From positions 21,661 to 85,660 of the forward strand of contig CAVWIG010000019.1 of the NCBI GenBank assembly GCA_963754945.1: 64,000 bases of DNA, read 5' to 3'. This stretch comes from Methanotrichaceae archaeon. GTDB lineage: Archaea > Halobacteriota > Methanosarcinia > Methanotrichales > Methanotrichaceae. The notes beneath the pieces are model-generated. The model was given only the letters and a program-made list of their open reading frames with translations. It made no database searches and was not told the origin of the DNA. Numbering within the stretch: the first letter of the stretch is position 1; the number at the start of each line of letters is the position of its first letter. The position numbers were made by a program, and so were the translations under genes. This document shows positions 20,807-31,722 of the stretch, piece after piece.

Positions 20807-20895
20807 GAGGACTCCTAAAAACCCGCTAAATAACGCTTTGATTTATATACTGCTTATAAAGCCGTGCCAAAAATCAGAGGTTATTAGGAATCCTC
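20807..20895. mobile_element. MITE (89 bp), IS5-subgroup ends
   Basis: TIR GAGGACTCCTAAAAACC / GGTTATTAGGAATCCTC (15/17); 4-bp TSD TCAA. Confidence 0.85.
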
Positions 20896-21138
20896 TCAAG
20901 TTATATAAATTAATACAGACGGCAATGAGTCTTGAGCCGAACGGTATCGTAGACAGAGATTCGATTCGTTATAGTTAACAATATTAGCCATGAATCAATC
21001 AGCGCCATATTATTGTCTCACAAATAAAGTTCGGGGCAAAATTTATCCCTTGCCAATTAGCCGCCCAGATATTTTTTGCTATATCCATCGATCGGCCATA
21101 ATGCACTACACGCGTTGGGTTGTGAATAATCGTTCCAA

Positions 21139-21840
21139 TCAATCGTAGCCCGGGAAATACTCCCATTTGATCTGCTGCTCAGGAACTGACAAATTATTTA
21201 GCAAACTCACCATGGCTTCTACCATCTTCCGAGGGCCGCTGGTGAAAAAGACGCGCTCCATGTAGTCGGGGACAAATTTCACCACCATCTCCTCGCCGAT
21301 CCGACCGGTTGCGCCCTTCCAGATTTGATTAGGCCCGGTCAGGGTGTACATAACATCCAGGTTTGGGTTCTGCTTACGCATCGCCTCAAGATCATCTCGA
21401 AATGCGATGTCGTCCTCGTCGCGGTTTGAGTAGAGCAGCGCAATCTTGGTATCCAGTCTTTTGTCAGTGGAGTACCTTATCATGCTGCGCAGAGGCGTTA
21501 TGCCTATCCCTCCAGAGAGCAGCCCGATCTTATTGTGCTCACCCTTGAATGTGAAACTGCCGTGAGGTCCTTCGATCATGACTTCATCTCCTGGCTCTAG
21601 CGAGGCAAGGGCGTCGGAAAAGGGGTGACCGGTCAGTCTCTTCGTCATTTCTAAGTGATGCTCTTCAGTCGGACTGCTGGAGATGGTGAAGTGCTTGGTC
21701 ATTTGTGCTTCCTCTTTTCCAAGAGTTATGAACATGAACTGACCTGGAAGGTAATCGAACCCCTCTGGCCTTGCGAACCGTATGGACCTGACATCCTTGG
21801 TTCTTTGGACAATCTCATTTACTTCAGCATGGAATTTCAT
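21139..21840 (-). CDS. FNR-type FAD/NAD(P)-binding oxidoreductase
   Basis: PGQF, FTISSSP, GPHG, GGIGITP and SGP motifs. Confidence 0.9.
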   Translation of the reverse strand: MKFHAEVNEIVQRTKDVRSIRFARPEGFDYLPGQFMFITLGKEEAQMTKHFTISSSPTEEHHLEMTKRLTGHPFSDALASLEPGDEVMIEGPHGSFTFKGEHNKIGLLSGGIGITPLRSMIRYSTDKRLDTKIALLYSNRDEDDIAFRDDLEAMRKQNPNLDVMYTLTGPNQIWKGATGRIGEEMVVKFVPDYMERVFFTSGPRKMVEAMVSLLNNLSVPEQQIKWEYFPGYD

Positions 21841-21992
21841 CTAGCTCGCCCTTTCACGCGTAGAACCGTTTTCCCGACATAAGAACGTCCTGGCTTAGAG
21901 TATTAATTTTTTTCTCGACCTACATCGCAAATTCGACATCAGATTTATACTGTAGTGCGTCAATAAATCATTAGTGTTTAGGGGTTGAGGTA

Positions 21993-23933
21993 ATACCAAG
22001 AAAGACGGTTGTGGGAAACGGCCGTATAGCTGTTGCCTTTGACGGTAAGATGAGCATCAGAGACTTCTTCTACCCCAGGGTTGGGCTGGAGAACCACGTA
22101 TCCGGGCATGAGCTGAAGGCTGGGGTATGGGTAGACGGCGATTTTCGCTGGTTGGGAGAGGGCTGGAAGATAGAGACTAAGTACATGCCCGAAACTCTGG
22201 TGAGCAGGAGCCGGGCCAGTCATCCCGTCCTCGACATCCAGATTGAGACCAACGATGCAGTGAATTCTCAGGACGTTTTCCTGAGGAAGCTCATGGTCAG
22301 AAATATGGCCAAAACCCCCAGGAAATTCAGGATCTTCTTCACTCACGACTTTCACATCTACGGTGACCCCGTGGGGGACACTGTGATGTACGAGCCAGCC
22401 CTAAACGCTGTCATCCACTACAAGCGGCAGCGTTACTTTCTGATCAACGGGGTCACGAGCAAGGGAGCCGGGATTTACCAGTTTGCGACAGGTTACAAGG
22501 AGCTTCCGGGCAGGGAAGGAACCTGGAAGGACGCCGAAGACGGCGTTCTCAGCGGCAATCCCATTGCCCAGGGGTCGGTAGACTCGGCCGTCTCCTTCGA
22601 GCTGGACTTGCTTGCTCAATCCAGAGGGACTCTTTATTACTGGATAGCCTGCGGCAGAAATCTGAAGCAGGTAGTGAAATTGGACGCCATGGTAAAGAAG
22701 ACCGGAGTGGAGCAGCTCCTCCTTGAGTCGGAGAACTACTGGTCGGCCTGGGTGAACAAGAAGGAGATCAACCTCAGCATCTTGCCAAAGGAGATTATCA
22801 GGGCTTACAAGAACTCGCTCCTCATCATGCGCAGCCATGCTGACAGCCGAGGAGGGATAATAGCCTCATGCGATTCGGATATCATGCAATTTAACAGAGA
22901 CACGTACTCCTACATCTGGACCAGGGACGGAGCAATAGCTGCGATGGCCTTTGACATGGCAGGATTCAGAGATACAAGCATGCGCTTCTTCCGTTTCTGC
23001 AACCTCGCCATAGCCGATGAAGGCTTCTTCCATCACAAGTACTCGCCAGACGGTTCTGTCGGCAGCAGCTGGCTTCCTCTGGCAGGATCAAAGGGGATGC
23101 TTCCAATTGAGGAGGATGAAACCGCTCTCGTTCTCTATGCTCTTTGGAGACACTTCCAGAAGTACAGGGACATCGAGTTTATAGAGAGCGTCCCAAATTT
23201 GGTCCTGAAGACCACAGAGTTCCTCTTGGACTATCTCGATCCGGATACCGGGCTTCCCAAGCCTTGCTTTGATCTCTGGGAGGAAAGGTCGGGAGTGTTT
23301 ACCTGGACTGCTTCTACCGTGTATGCAGCACTCAACGCGGCAGCTAAATTTTGGAAGGTCATATACAACAGAGAACGTTACGAGGCCCTGAACAGAGCGG
23401 CGACTGGCCTAAGGGAGGCCATGCTCAAACGCCTTTACGATCCCGAGAGTCAGAGGTTCATTAAGGCAGTTTACCCGGACGGCTCGCGGGACTTGACAAT
23501 TGACAGCTCGGCATCAGCCGTCTTCCTGTATGGAGGCTTCGATGCCTCTGACAAGGTGGTAGAAGGAACCATGAACTCCATTCGAGACAAGCTGTGGATT
23601 AGGACAAGGGTGGGAGGTTTGGCCAGGTACGAGAACGACGATTACCAGAGGGCTTCCAGAGAGGTGACAGGCAACCCCTGGTTCATCTGCACTCTATGGT
23701 TGGCGAGGTGGCACATCGCACAGGCTAGATCGTCAGACCAACTTGTTGAGGGGTTGGAGCTCATCTCCTGGGCCGCGAAGCACGCCTTGCCCTCGGGGGT
23801 TATGGCCGAGCAGGTTCACCCATTCACGGGCGAGCCAGTTTCTGTTTCGCCTCTGGTCTGGAGCCATGCCGAGTTCGTAATCGCCGTCTGCGAGTACCTG
23901 GAAAAGTACCGGGAACTTTCATCAATGGCCTGA
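21993..23933 (+). CDS. Glycoside hydrolase family 15 (glucoamylase-like); start uncertain (ATA 21993 or GTG 22011)
   Basis: YSYIWTRDG, EEDET, DLWEE, EQV...SPLVWSHA motifs. Confidence 0.92.
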   Translation: MPRKTVVGNGRIAVAFDGKMSIRDFFYPRVGLENHVSGHELKAGVWVDGDFRWLGEGWKIETKYMPETLVSRSRASHPVLDIQIETNDAVNSQDVFLRKLMVRNMAKTPRKFRIFFTHDFHIYGDPVGDTVMYEPALNAVIHYKRQRYFLINGVTSKGAGIYQFATGYKELPGREGTWKDAEDGVLSGNPIAQGSVDSAVSFELDLLAQSRGTLYYWIACGRNLKQVVKLDAMVKKTGVEQLLLESENYWSAWVNKKEINLSILPKEIIRAYKNSLLIMRSHADSRGGIIASCDSDIMQFNRDTYSYIWTRDGAIAAMAFDMAGFRDTSMRFFRFCNLAIADEGFFHHKYSPDGSVGSSWLPLAGSKGMLPIEEDETALVLYALWRHFQKYRDIEFIESVPNLVLKTTEFLLDYLDPDTGLPKPCFDLWEERSGVFTWTASTVYAALNAAAKFWKVIYNRERYEALNRAATGLREAMLKRLYDPESQRFIKAVYPDGSRDLTIDSSASAVFLYGGFDASDKVVEGTMNSIRDKLWIRTRVGGLARYENDDYQRASREVTGNPWFICTLWLARWHIAQARSSDQLVEGLELISWAAKHALPSGVMAEQVHPFTGEPVSVSPLVWSHAEFVIAVCEYLEKYRELSSMA

Positions 23934-23958
23934 GACTGTGAGCTGAAAGGAGGTTGAT

Positions 23959-24267
23959 GTGACAATACAAAAGATCTGCAAAAAGGATGACGTTCCGGCC
24001 GGGTCCATGAAACAGTTCGATCTTAAGGAGATTGAGCTTTTAGTAGTCAATACTGGAGATCAGTTCTACTGCCTAGAGGCCCGATGCACCCACGCAGGAG
24101 CACCCCTAGCCGAGGGCAATCTTGACGGAGATATTCTGACCTGCCCCTGGCATTACTCCCGGTTTAAGGTCTCTGATGGTTCGGTTGTTAGAGGTCCTGC
24201 TAATAGCCCTCTGAACACCTATGACATTACCGTAAGAGATGGCCAGCTTTTCATAGAGCTTAAATGA
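23959..24267 (+). CDS. Rieske [2Fe-2S] ferredoxin
   Basis: CTH...CPWH ligand motifs. Confidence 0.93.
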   Translation: MTIQKICKKDDVPAGSMKQFDLKEIELLVVNTGDQFYCLEARCTHAGAPLAEGNLDGDILTCPWHYSRFKVSDGSVVRGPANSPLNTYDITVRDGQLFIELK

Positions 24268-24461
24268 AAACAAGATTGGAGCTTCTGATTGATTTACCTT
24301 GTGATACCTGTTCACATGTAACGCGCTCATGCTCTATCCGAGTTTCCTCATCCTATGCTTCATGCCGTTGTCAAACAGCTGTTGTCCGACTCAAAATTTA
24401 GTTTCAACAGCAAGGTTTTAATTTTTGAATGATTGTACCTATCAAGGAAGGGGATAAATTC

Positions 24462-25616
24462 ATGAAGAATAAGGGGCGCATGCTAGGCTTGCTAATCGTT
24501 CTCGTCATTCTGGCAGCGGCAATCGCCTGCCAGGCAACCACTGTTACTGTCGAGCCAGGGCAGAGGATTCAGGCTGCCATAGATTCTGCCAGCCCCGGCG
24601 ACGTCATCAGAGTAGAGAAGGGGCTATACAACGAAAACCTGAACATCTCGAAGAAGGTCACTTTGGTTGGAATAGGGGTGCCAATGTTGGATGCGAGAGC
24701 TTCCGGAAGCGCCATAACAATTCAGGTCGAAGGAGTCAATGTCACCGGATTCAAGCTAAGAAATTCCAGAAGATCGGGAATTGCGATATTCTCCAAGAAC
24801 AACTCGATCAAGGGCAACAACATCAGTGGCTGCATTGACGGCATAAGTGCAGAGAACTCAGCGAATAATTCGATCACAGGCAATGCGATAAACAACAATA
24901 CTAACGGGATAAGCCTTCTCCGCTCCAGCATGAACCTTATAAATGATAACAACATCAGCGGCAACAAAGTTGGGGAGAGAAGTGACTGTGGAATCTACGT
25001 CGCCTACTCCGACAATAACACGATCTCGAACAACCGGATCACAGACAACGGTGACTGTTCTATCTGTGTGCTGTCCAGCAGCAAAAATATGATTATAGGC
25101 AATAATATCAGCTTGAGTCGCTGGTACGGTCTTTCTTTAAGCGAGTTCAGCAACGACAATCTGATAGCAGAAAACTACCTTGTAAATAACAAATATGGCG
25201 GCATCTACCTGGAGGATTCCAGGAATAACACCCTCAAAAGCAACAAGGCAATGAAGAATGGAAACGGCATCTATCTCTCATGCAACAGCAACAACAACAT
25301 TGTCCAGGGCAATTTGGTCTCTAACAACGAAAATGGAATACACCTAACCTTCCACAGCAGCAACAACACCATTCAAGGGAACAGAGCTATCAACAACGGA
25401 TTTGGAATTTACGTGACCTTCTCATCGGGGTGGAACTGGATATTCAACAACAGTCTCATTGATAACGGTTACAATGCGTTCGACATGGGCATGAAAAACC
25501 AATGGGACAACGGATTTGTAGGTAACTATTACAGCGATATGGGATCGAAGTACTATATTCCAGGTGGCTCAGGAGAGGATAAGCATCCATTGCCACCACC
25601 TGCCCTGGATTCTTAG
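24462..25616 (+). CDS. Secreted parallel beta-helix (NosD/CASH-like) protein
   Basis: Signal peptide; IQAAIDSA; many GIxLxxSxNNxIxxN repeats; GNYYSD. Confidence 0.88.
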   Translation: MKNKGRMLGLLIVLVILAAAIACQATTVTVEPGQRIQAAIDSASPGDVIRVEKGLYNENLNISKKVTLVGIGVPMLDARASGSAITIQVEGVNVTGFKLRNSRRSGIAIFSKNNSIKGNNISGCIDGISAENSANNSITGNAINNNTNGISLLRSSMNLINDNNISGNKVGERSDCGIYVAYSDNNTISNNRITDNGDCSICVLSSSKNMIIGNNISLSRWYGLSLSEFSNDNLIAENYLVNNKYGGIYLEDSRNNTLKSNKAMKNGNGIYLSCNSNNNIVQGNLVSNNENGIHLTFHSSNNTIQGNRAINNGFGIYVTFSSGWNWIFNNSLIDNGYNAFDMGMKNQWDNGFVGNYYSDMGSKYYIPGGSGEDKHPLPPPALDS

Positions 25617-25659
25617 TTGGGTCAAGGTAATGTTGCCCTGAGTGGTCAGGTGTTGCGGA

Positions 25660-26022
25660 TCAAGGTGAAATGAAGGCCTCGAAGTTCTTGATGTAGGCTG
25701 AGCCTATGGTAGTTAATCTGTAAAACCCATCGATCTTTTCGATCATATCGGCCTTCTCTAACAGGGCCAGATGAAGCTCTGCCAGGTTTTCTTTTAGTCC
25801 AAAGGCCGTCTCTATCTCCTGTCTGGTCCTGGCTTCTGAACCGATGAACTTCATGATCTCTCGTCTGATTCTTAGCTGCAAGACCTCTCCGGCAAATCGG
25901 TGTCCTTCTGAGGTCTCCCACCACTTAACGCTGCTGTTTTCTGTAAGATCCGATAAAGAAGTATTCGATGCAGAAGCTCCAAACCTCTGGATGCCGTCGG
26001 TGTCTCTTTCCATATCCATCAA
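25660..26022 (-). CDS. Winged HTH (ArsR-like) protein
   Basis: IRREIMKFIG...LHLALLEKADMIEK...YRLTTIG. Confidence 0.75.
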   Translation of the reverse strand: MMDMERDTDGIQRFGASASNTSLSDLTENSSVKWWETSEGHRFAGEVLQLRIRREIMKFIGSEARTRQEIETAFGLKENLAELHLALLEKADMIEKIDGFYRLTTIGSAYIKNFEAFISP

Positions 26023-26110
26023 TTAATTGAAATCTCTTGTGCAATTGATCCTACACTCTTGAACAGGTTAGCTCTATGTATGCATGCTTGCAAATTTTTA
26101 ATTTAATTTT

Positions 26111-26572
26111 CTAATCATGCTTCGGTTTATCCACATGAATCTCGCAAGTTCCCATCTCGCACTCCCTGCAGAAGCCAGCTTCTTCGTCTAGGTTGCGAGT
26201 GGCAGTGGCAAGCACGCTGGCGTTCACCAGATTTCCAGCAAGGAAGATAGCAGCAGCAATCTCATCCTCGGTTACCCCCAGGTTCGATGCGACGTGGATG
26301 TGCAGCTTCAGGCAGTGGGTGCACCTGATAGCAGCGCTTACTGCGACGGAGATCAGCTCGATTGTCTTGGCGTCCAGGGTCGAGCTTCTGAGTATGGCGT
26401 TGTTGTGGAGGATCTTGGTTATCAGGAGATCAGGGTGATCCTTCATGAAGTGAAAGACGTACGGGACTTCTCCGTACGCGTTCTCTACAGCCGTGATCAT
26501 GTCCTCAGCCGATTTTTCTACGCCCTTCTCAAGAATTATGTCTAGCTCATCTTCAAAGCTCATGCGCATCAC
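26111..26572 (-). CDS. Carboxymuconolactone decarboxylase/AhpD family protein
   Basis: LDAKTIELISVAVSAAIRCTHCLKLH. Confidence 0.9.
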   Translation of the reverse strand: MMRMSFEDELDIILEKGVEKSAEDMITAVENAYGEVPYVFHFMKDHPDLLITKILHNNAILRSSTLDAKTIELISVAVSAAIRCTHCLKLHIHVASNLGVTEDEIAAAIFLAGNLVNASVLATATRNLDEEAGFCRECEMGTCEIHVDKPKHD

Positions 26573-26605
26573 CGGAATGGAATCGCAAATCTCCTCAAGG
26601 CCGGC

Positions 26606-27529
26606 CTAGAAGACGAAACCGGTCTCGGACATAGGCAATATCCTCACAAGTATATAGTCCTTCATCTTTGAAGGCCTTATGGTGGCTATCTCCCCAAGAG
26701 TCACACCTTCATCGAACTTGACAGCCCGGACTGCGTCCTTGTACTTCTCGTAGGGTAGCTTGACCCTGACTCCGTTCAGGTTGAGAGCAATCGGAAGAGG
26801 TGAGAACGAGTACTCCACCTCTGGAACCTGTTCCCTGACGGCGTCCATCACTCTAGGCGGCGAAGTCGTTAATGGGTCCTTGGAGATCTCAGTCCTTGTC
26901 CTGTCCAGAGCCCGGCCGACAGATTCGATGATCTTGTCAAGGGTGCCTAGCTCGGTGGCTTTCTTGGCCCGATGCGTGATTCTGCCTACGCTCGGAACGT
27001 ACTCGAAGGCATAGGGCAGCTCACTTTTCGGAATCTCCGGGCCGCCAGTTACAACCACTGGGATGTTTATGCTCCTGTACAGGTCCTCTTTCTTTCGAAT
27101 GCATTCGACGAAGTTCCCAAAGATGAAAACGACTGCGTCGTGCTCGTCTATGAGCTTGGATTCGTACTCGTTTATCTGGGCGGTCTCCCTTCCAACGCCT
27201 CTTGCCAGGCCGATCATATTCGATTTGGCTCCGTTCCTTCGCAGGTACTCGGCGATATCACAGGCAGTGTGGGGAAGATGGTGAATTGCAAGGGTTGGAG
27301 TAACAACCGCTACCTCCGTTCCTGCCAAGGGCGCACGCACCAGCTCTCCCCGGAGGTCGGAGATGAGGGCTTTCAAGGCCTCCATGTCCTCTTTAGGGAC
27401 CAGGAGAAGAAGTATCACCTCGCTCTGGGTGACGTTCTTCTGAAGTACGTAGCCTCCGAGGTCCTCCACTAGCTCCATCACCAGGTCGTGCTTGTATATG
27501 CCACCCGTAAACATAACAGGTTCAAGCAT
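26606..27529 (-). CDS. mmp7: Methanogenesis marker protein 7
   Basis: GGIYKH, HHLPHTACDIAEYLRR, GLARGVGR; cluster position. Confidence 0.92.
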   Translation of the reverse strand: MLEPVMFTGGIYKHDLVMELVEDLGGYVLQKNVTQSEVILLLLVPKEDMEALKALISDLRGELVRAPLAGTEVAVVTPTLAIHHLPHTACDIAEYLRRNGAKSNMIGLARGVGRETAQINEYESKLIDEHDAVVFIFGNFVECIRKKEDLYRSINIPVVVTGGPEIPKSELPYAFEYVPSVGRITHRAKKATELGTLDKIIESVGRALDRTRTEISKDPLTTSPPRVMDAVREQVPEVEYSFSPLPIALNLNGVRVKLPYEKYKDAVRAVKFDEGVTLGEIATIRPSKMKDYILVRILPMSETGFVF

Positions 27530-28091
27530 TCTCCATGCTCCTGATCTTCTCTTTTACCTCGGAGATCAGCTCAGGCTTAAGAGTGTCCTCGGCTGCTATG
27601 AAGAAGAAGCTCTTATCGGTCATCTCGTTTCTCCGGTTACGAAATCCTTCAGGGGCTATCCTCAGGAGAGCATCCGTCAGGTCCTGACGGAACTCGGCCT
27701 CCAGGTCGGCAACGGGTAGATCCGATGGTGGTGCGTCTGATGCTACCACAACGACGTCTCTAGAGGGCTGCTCCACGCGCTCCCGACCGTACTTGGCCCA
27801 GAGGACCTTGAGCAGGTCCGCCATATGTTCCTCGTCGTTGACCTTAATCTGGAACCCGCCCTGAGCCTGGGCCACATCAGCTACGTCCCTGACAAGCAGG
27901 GGCGGTATGCCCGTCCTCAGGAGGCCGTACACGGCGAAGACCGGCTTCTTGACGTCCACATAAACATAGAGCTGTCCGATTGACCTGATGAGTCCCAGAT
28001 CCTGAAGGATATCCATTATTATCTCGCGGTACTTCTTGGCCCCGAACTCCTCCCCTGCGATCTCGACCTTGAAGACCTCCATCGGGTCCAT
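27522..28091 (-). CDS. mmp17: Methanogenesis marker protein 17
   Basis: RIAPEGFR motif; cluster position. Confidence 0.9.
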   Translation of the reverse strand: MDPMEVFKVEIAGEEFGAKKYREIIMDILQDLGLIRSIGQLYVYVDVKKPVFAVYGLLRTGIPPLLVRDVADVAQAQGGFQIKVNDEEHMADLLKVLWAKYGRERVEQPSRDVVVVASDAPPSDLPVADLEAEFRQDLTDALLRIAPEGFRNRRNEMTDKSFFFIAAEDTLKPELISEVKEKIRSMENA

Positions 28092-28093
28092 CC

Positions 28094-29320
28094 CTAGGCC
28101 TCCAGCAGCCCCGAAACGAGCAGGGCAGCGCCTACTGCTCCTATGTACTGGGCGTACTTGGGCACGATCACCTTAACGTGCAACAACTCCTCCATTGCTT
28201 TAGGCAGCCCTTCGATGAGCGAGGTCCCTCCAACCATGATAACCGGCTCCTTAACCTCAACCTCCTGAAGCTGTTGCTCGTAGACTTGCTCAGCCACGGA
28301 ATGACATGCTGCCATGGCAACGTCCTCTGGCTTGCAGCCCTGGGAGAGGCTGTTGACGAGGGATTGGGTGCCGAAGACTATGCAGTAGCTGTTCATGGCC
28401 ACGTTCTGGTAGTTGCCCTTGAGGGCCAGCTTCCCCAGCTCGGTGATGTCCACGCCAAGCCTGCGGGCAGTCAGTTCAAGGAACCTGCCTGAGGCTCCTG
28501 CGCATATTCCGCCCATGGTGAAGCCGCCCGGTATCCCGTCCTGAACAGATATGGCCTTGTTGTCCATGCCTCCGATATCGATGACCGTAGCCGAGCCCTT
28601 CTGAGAATCGGCCAGAAAGACGGCTCCCTTTGAGTTGACGGTGATCTCTTCTTGAATCAACTTGGCACCAAAATGCTTTCCTACAAGGAATCGGCCGTAG
28701 CCAGTGACCCCAAGGGCTTGAACATCCTCCTTCTTTACACCGGCCTCTTTAAGGGCTGCATCGTACGCGCTTTCGGCGCTTTTGAGCACTTCTGTGGTGG
28801 GAACCCAGCCTGTGCCTATTATCTGGTTGTCCCTCATGATCACGGCCTTGGTGGTGGTCGAGCCTGAGTCCACGCCAGCGGTCAGTCCTTTCTGTCTCTC
28901 CCTGGCCAGAAGGCCCCTGTACTTGACTGTGGTTACTAGCGCCTCCATCCTTGTCAGCAGGGTTTCGGCGGTGGTCCTTTCTGTAAAAGAATAGCTCAGA
29001 ACTGGAAGCTTAGAATTCTCGTGTATGTACTTCCTGATCTCCGACCTGATGATGGCACCCTCAGCGCATCTGAAGCAGGTCAATACAATGACCGCATCGG
29101 CCAGGTCTGGATTCTCGACTATCCGAGTCGCCCTTGCCATGGCGAGGTTGAGGTCGCCCGAGGCAACTGATACGCCAAACCTCTTCTCCACGTTCAGAAT
29201 GTCCTCCAGGGAGACCTCTGGATAGATGATCTGGGCTCCGACAGTCTCTGCAGCCCTATCGATCTCCTTCTGGATACCGCTATACTCAGCCCCGCAGGCC
29301 AGCTCTGCTATCCTGATCAT
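28094..29320 (-). CDS. mmp15: Methanogenesis marker protein 15 (ASKHA activator ATPase)
   Basis: [30 protein letters not shown] and CAGASGRF motifs. Confidence 0.93.
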   Translation of the reverse strand: MIRIAELACGAEYSGIQKEIDRAAETVGAQIIYPEVSLEDILNVEKRFGVSVASGDLNLAMARATRIVENPDLADAVIVLTCFRCAEGAIIRSEIRKYIHENSKLPVLSYSFTERTTAETLLTRMEALVTTVKYRGLLARERQKGLTAGVDSGSTTTKAVIMRDNQIIGTGWVPTTEVLKSAESAYDAALKEAGVKKEDVQALGVTGYGRFLVGKHFGAKLIQEEITVNSKGAVFLADSQKGSATVIDIGGMDNKAISVQDGIPGGFTMGGICAGASGRFLELTARRLGVDITELGKLALKGNYQNVAMNSYCIVFGTQSLVNSLSQGCKPEDVAMAACHSVAEQVYEQQLQEVEVKEPVIMVGGTSLIEGLPKAMEELLHVKVIVPKYAQYIGAVGAALLVSGLLEA

Positions 29321-29754
29321 TTCAAACCCTCCAGAAAGGATTTGATCTGACGAACGAAGGCCCTGGCCTCGACCTCGTCCTTTGGATAGTTAACTTCCAG
29401 AACAGGTATGCCTTTTGTCTTTATCAGCAGCCTGACCAGCTCGTTTGTCCTGGCACATCCCGAGCAGCCTGTAAGACACCCGGGTTCGTTCAGAATTATT
29501 CCAGCATCTGCCTGCTCGATTAGTGGGCCTATGAGCGACATCCTGCCCCGGACACCGGAAGGGACATCAACGGCCGCGTAGCGTAAACCTTTTTTGGGCT
29601 CCTCGGGCGTCATATTGAGCGGCGGCGAATCGATTCCAGGTGTTGTTACCCGTTCCCTCACAACGCTCGGAACAACCAGCGCCTGGTGGCCCGTCCTCTC
29701 CACCAGGTCGGAAAGGATCAGGCTGGTTGGAGGATAAACAATCACTTTAGCCAT
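29317..29754 (-). CDS. mmp5: Methanogenesis marker protein 5
   Basis: [23 protein letters not shown] and [10 protein letters not shown] motifs. Confidence 0.92.
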   Translation of the reverse strand: MAKVIVYPPTSLILSDLVERTGHQALVVPSVVRERVTTPGIDSPPLNMTPEEPKKGLRYAAVDVPSGVRGRMSLIGPLIEQADAGIILNEPGCLTGCSGCARTNELVRLLIKTKGIPVLEVNYPKDEVEARAFVRQIKSFLEGLK

Positions 29755-29763
29755 TGAATTACC

Positions 29764-30198
29764 TCAGGAAAACTCATCTTCGATGATCTCTTCAAGCCTC
29801 TTTGTGTCCAGTAGTTTCTTCGCCGGCTTTGTTTCGGCCTCGGAAACCTCAGCCACTCCTTCTGTCTGGGGCTCAAGGGCCTTGGAAATCAGAGGCAGCA
29901 TCTTCGCTTCAGACTCGATCATATAGTATCCAGGCCTGGCTCCTCCGCCTCTGCGGCCCCTGCAGCGCCTGGGATCCCCAGGAGGAAAACCGCGTTCCTT
30001 GATGAAGATCCCCGAGGGGTCCAATGCCCTAATCTCCTCGACGAGCGGCTTGATCACGTCTTCTTCGCCGCTGATGATGACCCCAAAGCAGGTCTCTTTA
30101 ACGTTGACGTCGTACTTGGATCCGTAGATCTTCATGGCAATGTCCGAAGGAAGGATATCGGATTCTGGCGACGTTATGACATACTTGGTGATCAACAC
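29764..30198 (-). CDS. mmp6: Methanogenesis marker protein 6
   Basis: KETCFG and RGFPPGDPRRCR motifs. Confidence 0.92.
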   Translation of the reverse strand: MLITKYVITSPESDILPSDIAMKIYGSKYDVNVKETCFGVIISGEEDVIKPLVEEIRALDPSGIFIKERGFPPGDPRRCRGRRGGGARPGYYMIESEAKMLPLISKALEPQTEGVAEVSEAETKPAKKLLDTKRLEEIIEDEFS

Positions 30199-31721
30199 TC
30201 TCGCACCTCCAGCACGTACACTACATCGTCTTCCTTCACGTCTTTCAGTTTCTCCGGATCCAGGACTCGGCCAATTATGTTCGTTGCCTCGAACTTCTCC
30301 CCAGACGGCCCGTATCTCTTGTCTTCTAACAGCTTGACCCCGACAAAGCCAACTTTCTTTGCCACCTGATTGGATATTCCGATGGACCCCGCGGGCACCG
30401 GGCCAGTTGGCTTGTTCTCCGGCAGGATCTCCTTGTAGCTGGTGGCCTCCACTGCCGGCTTGAACAGTATCGTATTCTCATAGACGAAATAAACAGGTAA
30501 TGGCCCAACCGGCTTCTCTTTCAATCCGGTTACATGCCGGAAATAATCAAGCGTCTTGGGAGCCAATTTGTCGTAAAGTTCAATAGACACAAGGCGTTTG
30601 GCCGGTATGGATGTGAGCTTGACTTTTTTATCCTTCAACACGCTCATCGTAGTGTCTGGATCCTGTTTAACAACAACGGCATCCTCACCGCTGTAGCCTT
30701 CAACATCAGCCTCAATACCCCGATTCTTCATGTCCTGTAAAGCCTGGGGAAGCGTGGCTCCCATCAGCATTATTCTGTCCGGCCTGACCCTCACGGTTAA
30801 AAGATGGCCAGCCCCAGCCAGCTTGACCATGTCCATGCCAGAGGTTACCCTGCCTACGACGGAGTGACCAGGGTTGGAGGTGCGGTCTGCCTTGTAGATG
30901 AAGATCCGTCCCAGGCCGCGGCCGCTGGTACGAACAGTGACCACGCCCTCCAGCCTCGGTTCTCTGTGCTCGAACTTTATGGGCTCGGTTAAGAGCATGT
31001 CTGAGGAGATGTAGGAGCTAGATATTGAGTCCACCTTGAAGACTCCATCACGGGTCAGAGCCATGAAGAACTCCGCACCCAAGGGTGCATCCTCGACAAG
31101 CTCAACCTCGAACCTGGTGTATATCTCCATGCCCTCGGCCAGAGGCAGAGCCAGATCGGTGGTAGCCATCTTCTCGGTCAGGTCCTCCCACTCAACTATG
31201 GGCTCCACTCCGGTGATCCTGTCTTCTTTTTCTAGCTTATCCAGGGTGTTCTTGCCGCCGACAACCCTGGCAAAAACGCCTCCCTCTGCAGGCGCGCCAT
31301 AAACGGAGTTATGTCGCTTTCTTACGAAGATCAGGTGGGTTTTCTCGGCCTCGAAGCCCGCCGCCCCCAGAGCAATCTCCCAGCGGTTGTACTCATGGGC
31401 GTCTCTCCTCCAGGCTATGGCGGTTGCAAAAGGTCCAAAAGCAACAGCATCAGAGGACGCCCATCGTGCCTCTAAGCCTTCAATCTTGCCCACGTTTTCG
31501 TGCCAGATCTTCTGGAGATCGTCATCCAAAAGCTCGATCCTGATCTTGCCCTTTGTGGTGTTGAGCCAGTAGGAGTTTGTCTGCAGGGACTTCTCCCCCC
31601 GACCCTTGACAATTCCCACTATGGCCCCAACGGCCGGCTTTGTGCCAGCCAAGCTCAAGGCATCTCCAAGAGTAGCATCCGCTTTTAGGTCGAGGCTCGT
31701 TCCGTCAACAAAGACCTTCAA
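30192..31721 (-). CDS. mmp3: Methanogenesis marker protein 3
   Basis: YFRHVTGL, LPENKP and YGPSGEKF motifs; follows atwA. Confidence 0.92.
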   Translation of the reverse strand: MKVFVDGTSLDLKADATLGDALSLAGTKPAVGAIVGIVKGRGEKSLQTNSYWLNTTKGKIRIELLDDDLQKIWHENVGKIEGLEARWASSDAVAFGPFATAIAWRRDAHEYNRWEIALGAAGFEAEKTHLIFVRKRHNSVYGAPAEGGVFARVVGGKNTLDKLEKEDRITGVEPIVEWEDLTEKMATTDLALPLAEGMEIYTRFEVELVEDAPLGAEFFMALTRDGVFKVDSISSSYISSDMLLTEPIKFEHREPRLEGVVTVRTSGRGLGRIFIYKADRTSNPGHSVVGRVTSGMDMVKLAGAGHLLTVRVRPDRIMLMGATLPQALQDMKNRGIEADVEGYSGEDAVVVKQDPDTTMSVLKDKKVKLTSIPAKRLVSIELYDKLAPKTLDYFRHVTGLKEKPVGPLPVYFVYENTILFKPAVEATSYKEILPENKPTGPVPAGSIGISNQVAKKVGFVGVKLLEDKRYGPSGEKFEATNIIGRVLDPEKLKDVKEDDVVYVLEVREC

Positions 31722-31722
31722 T

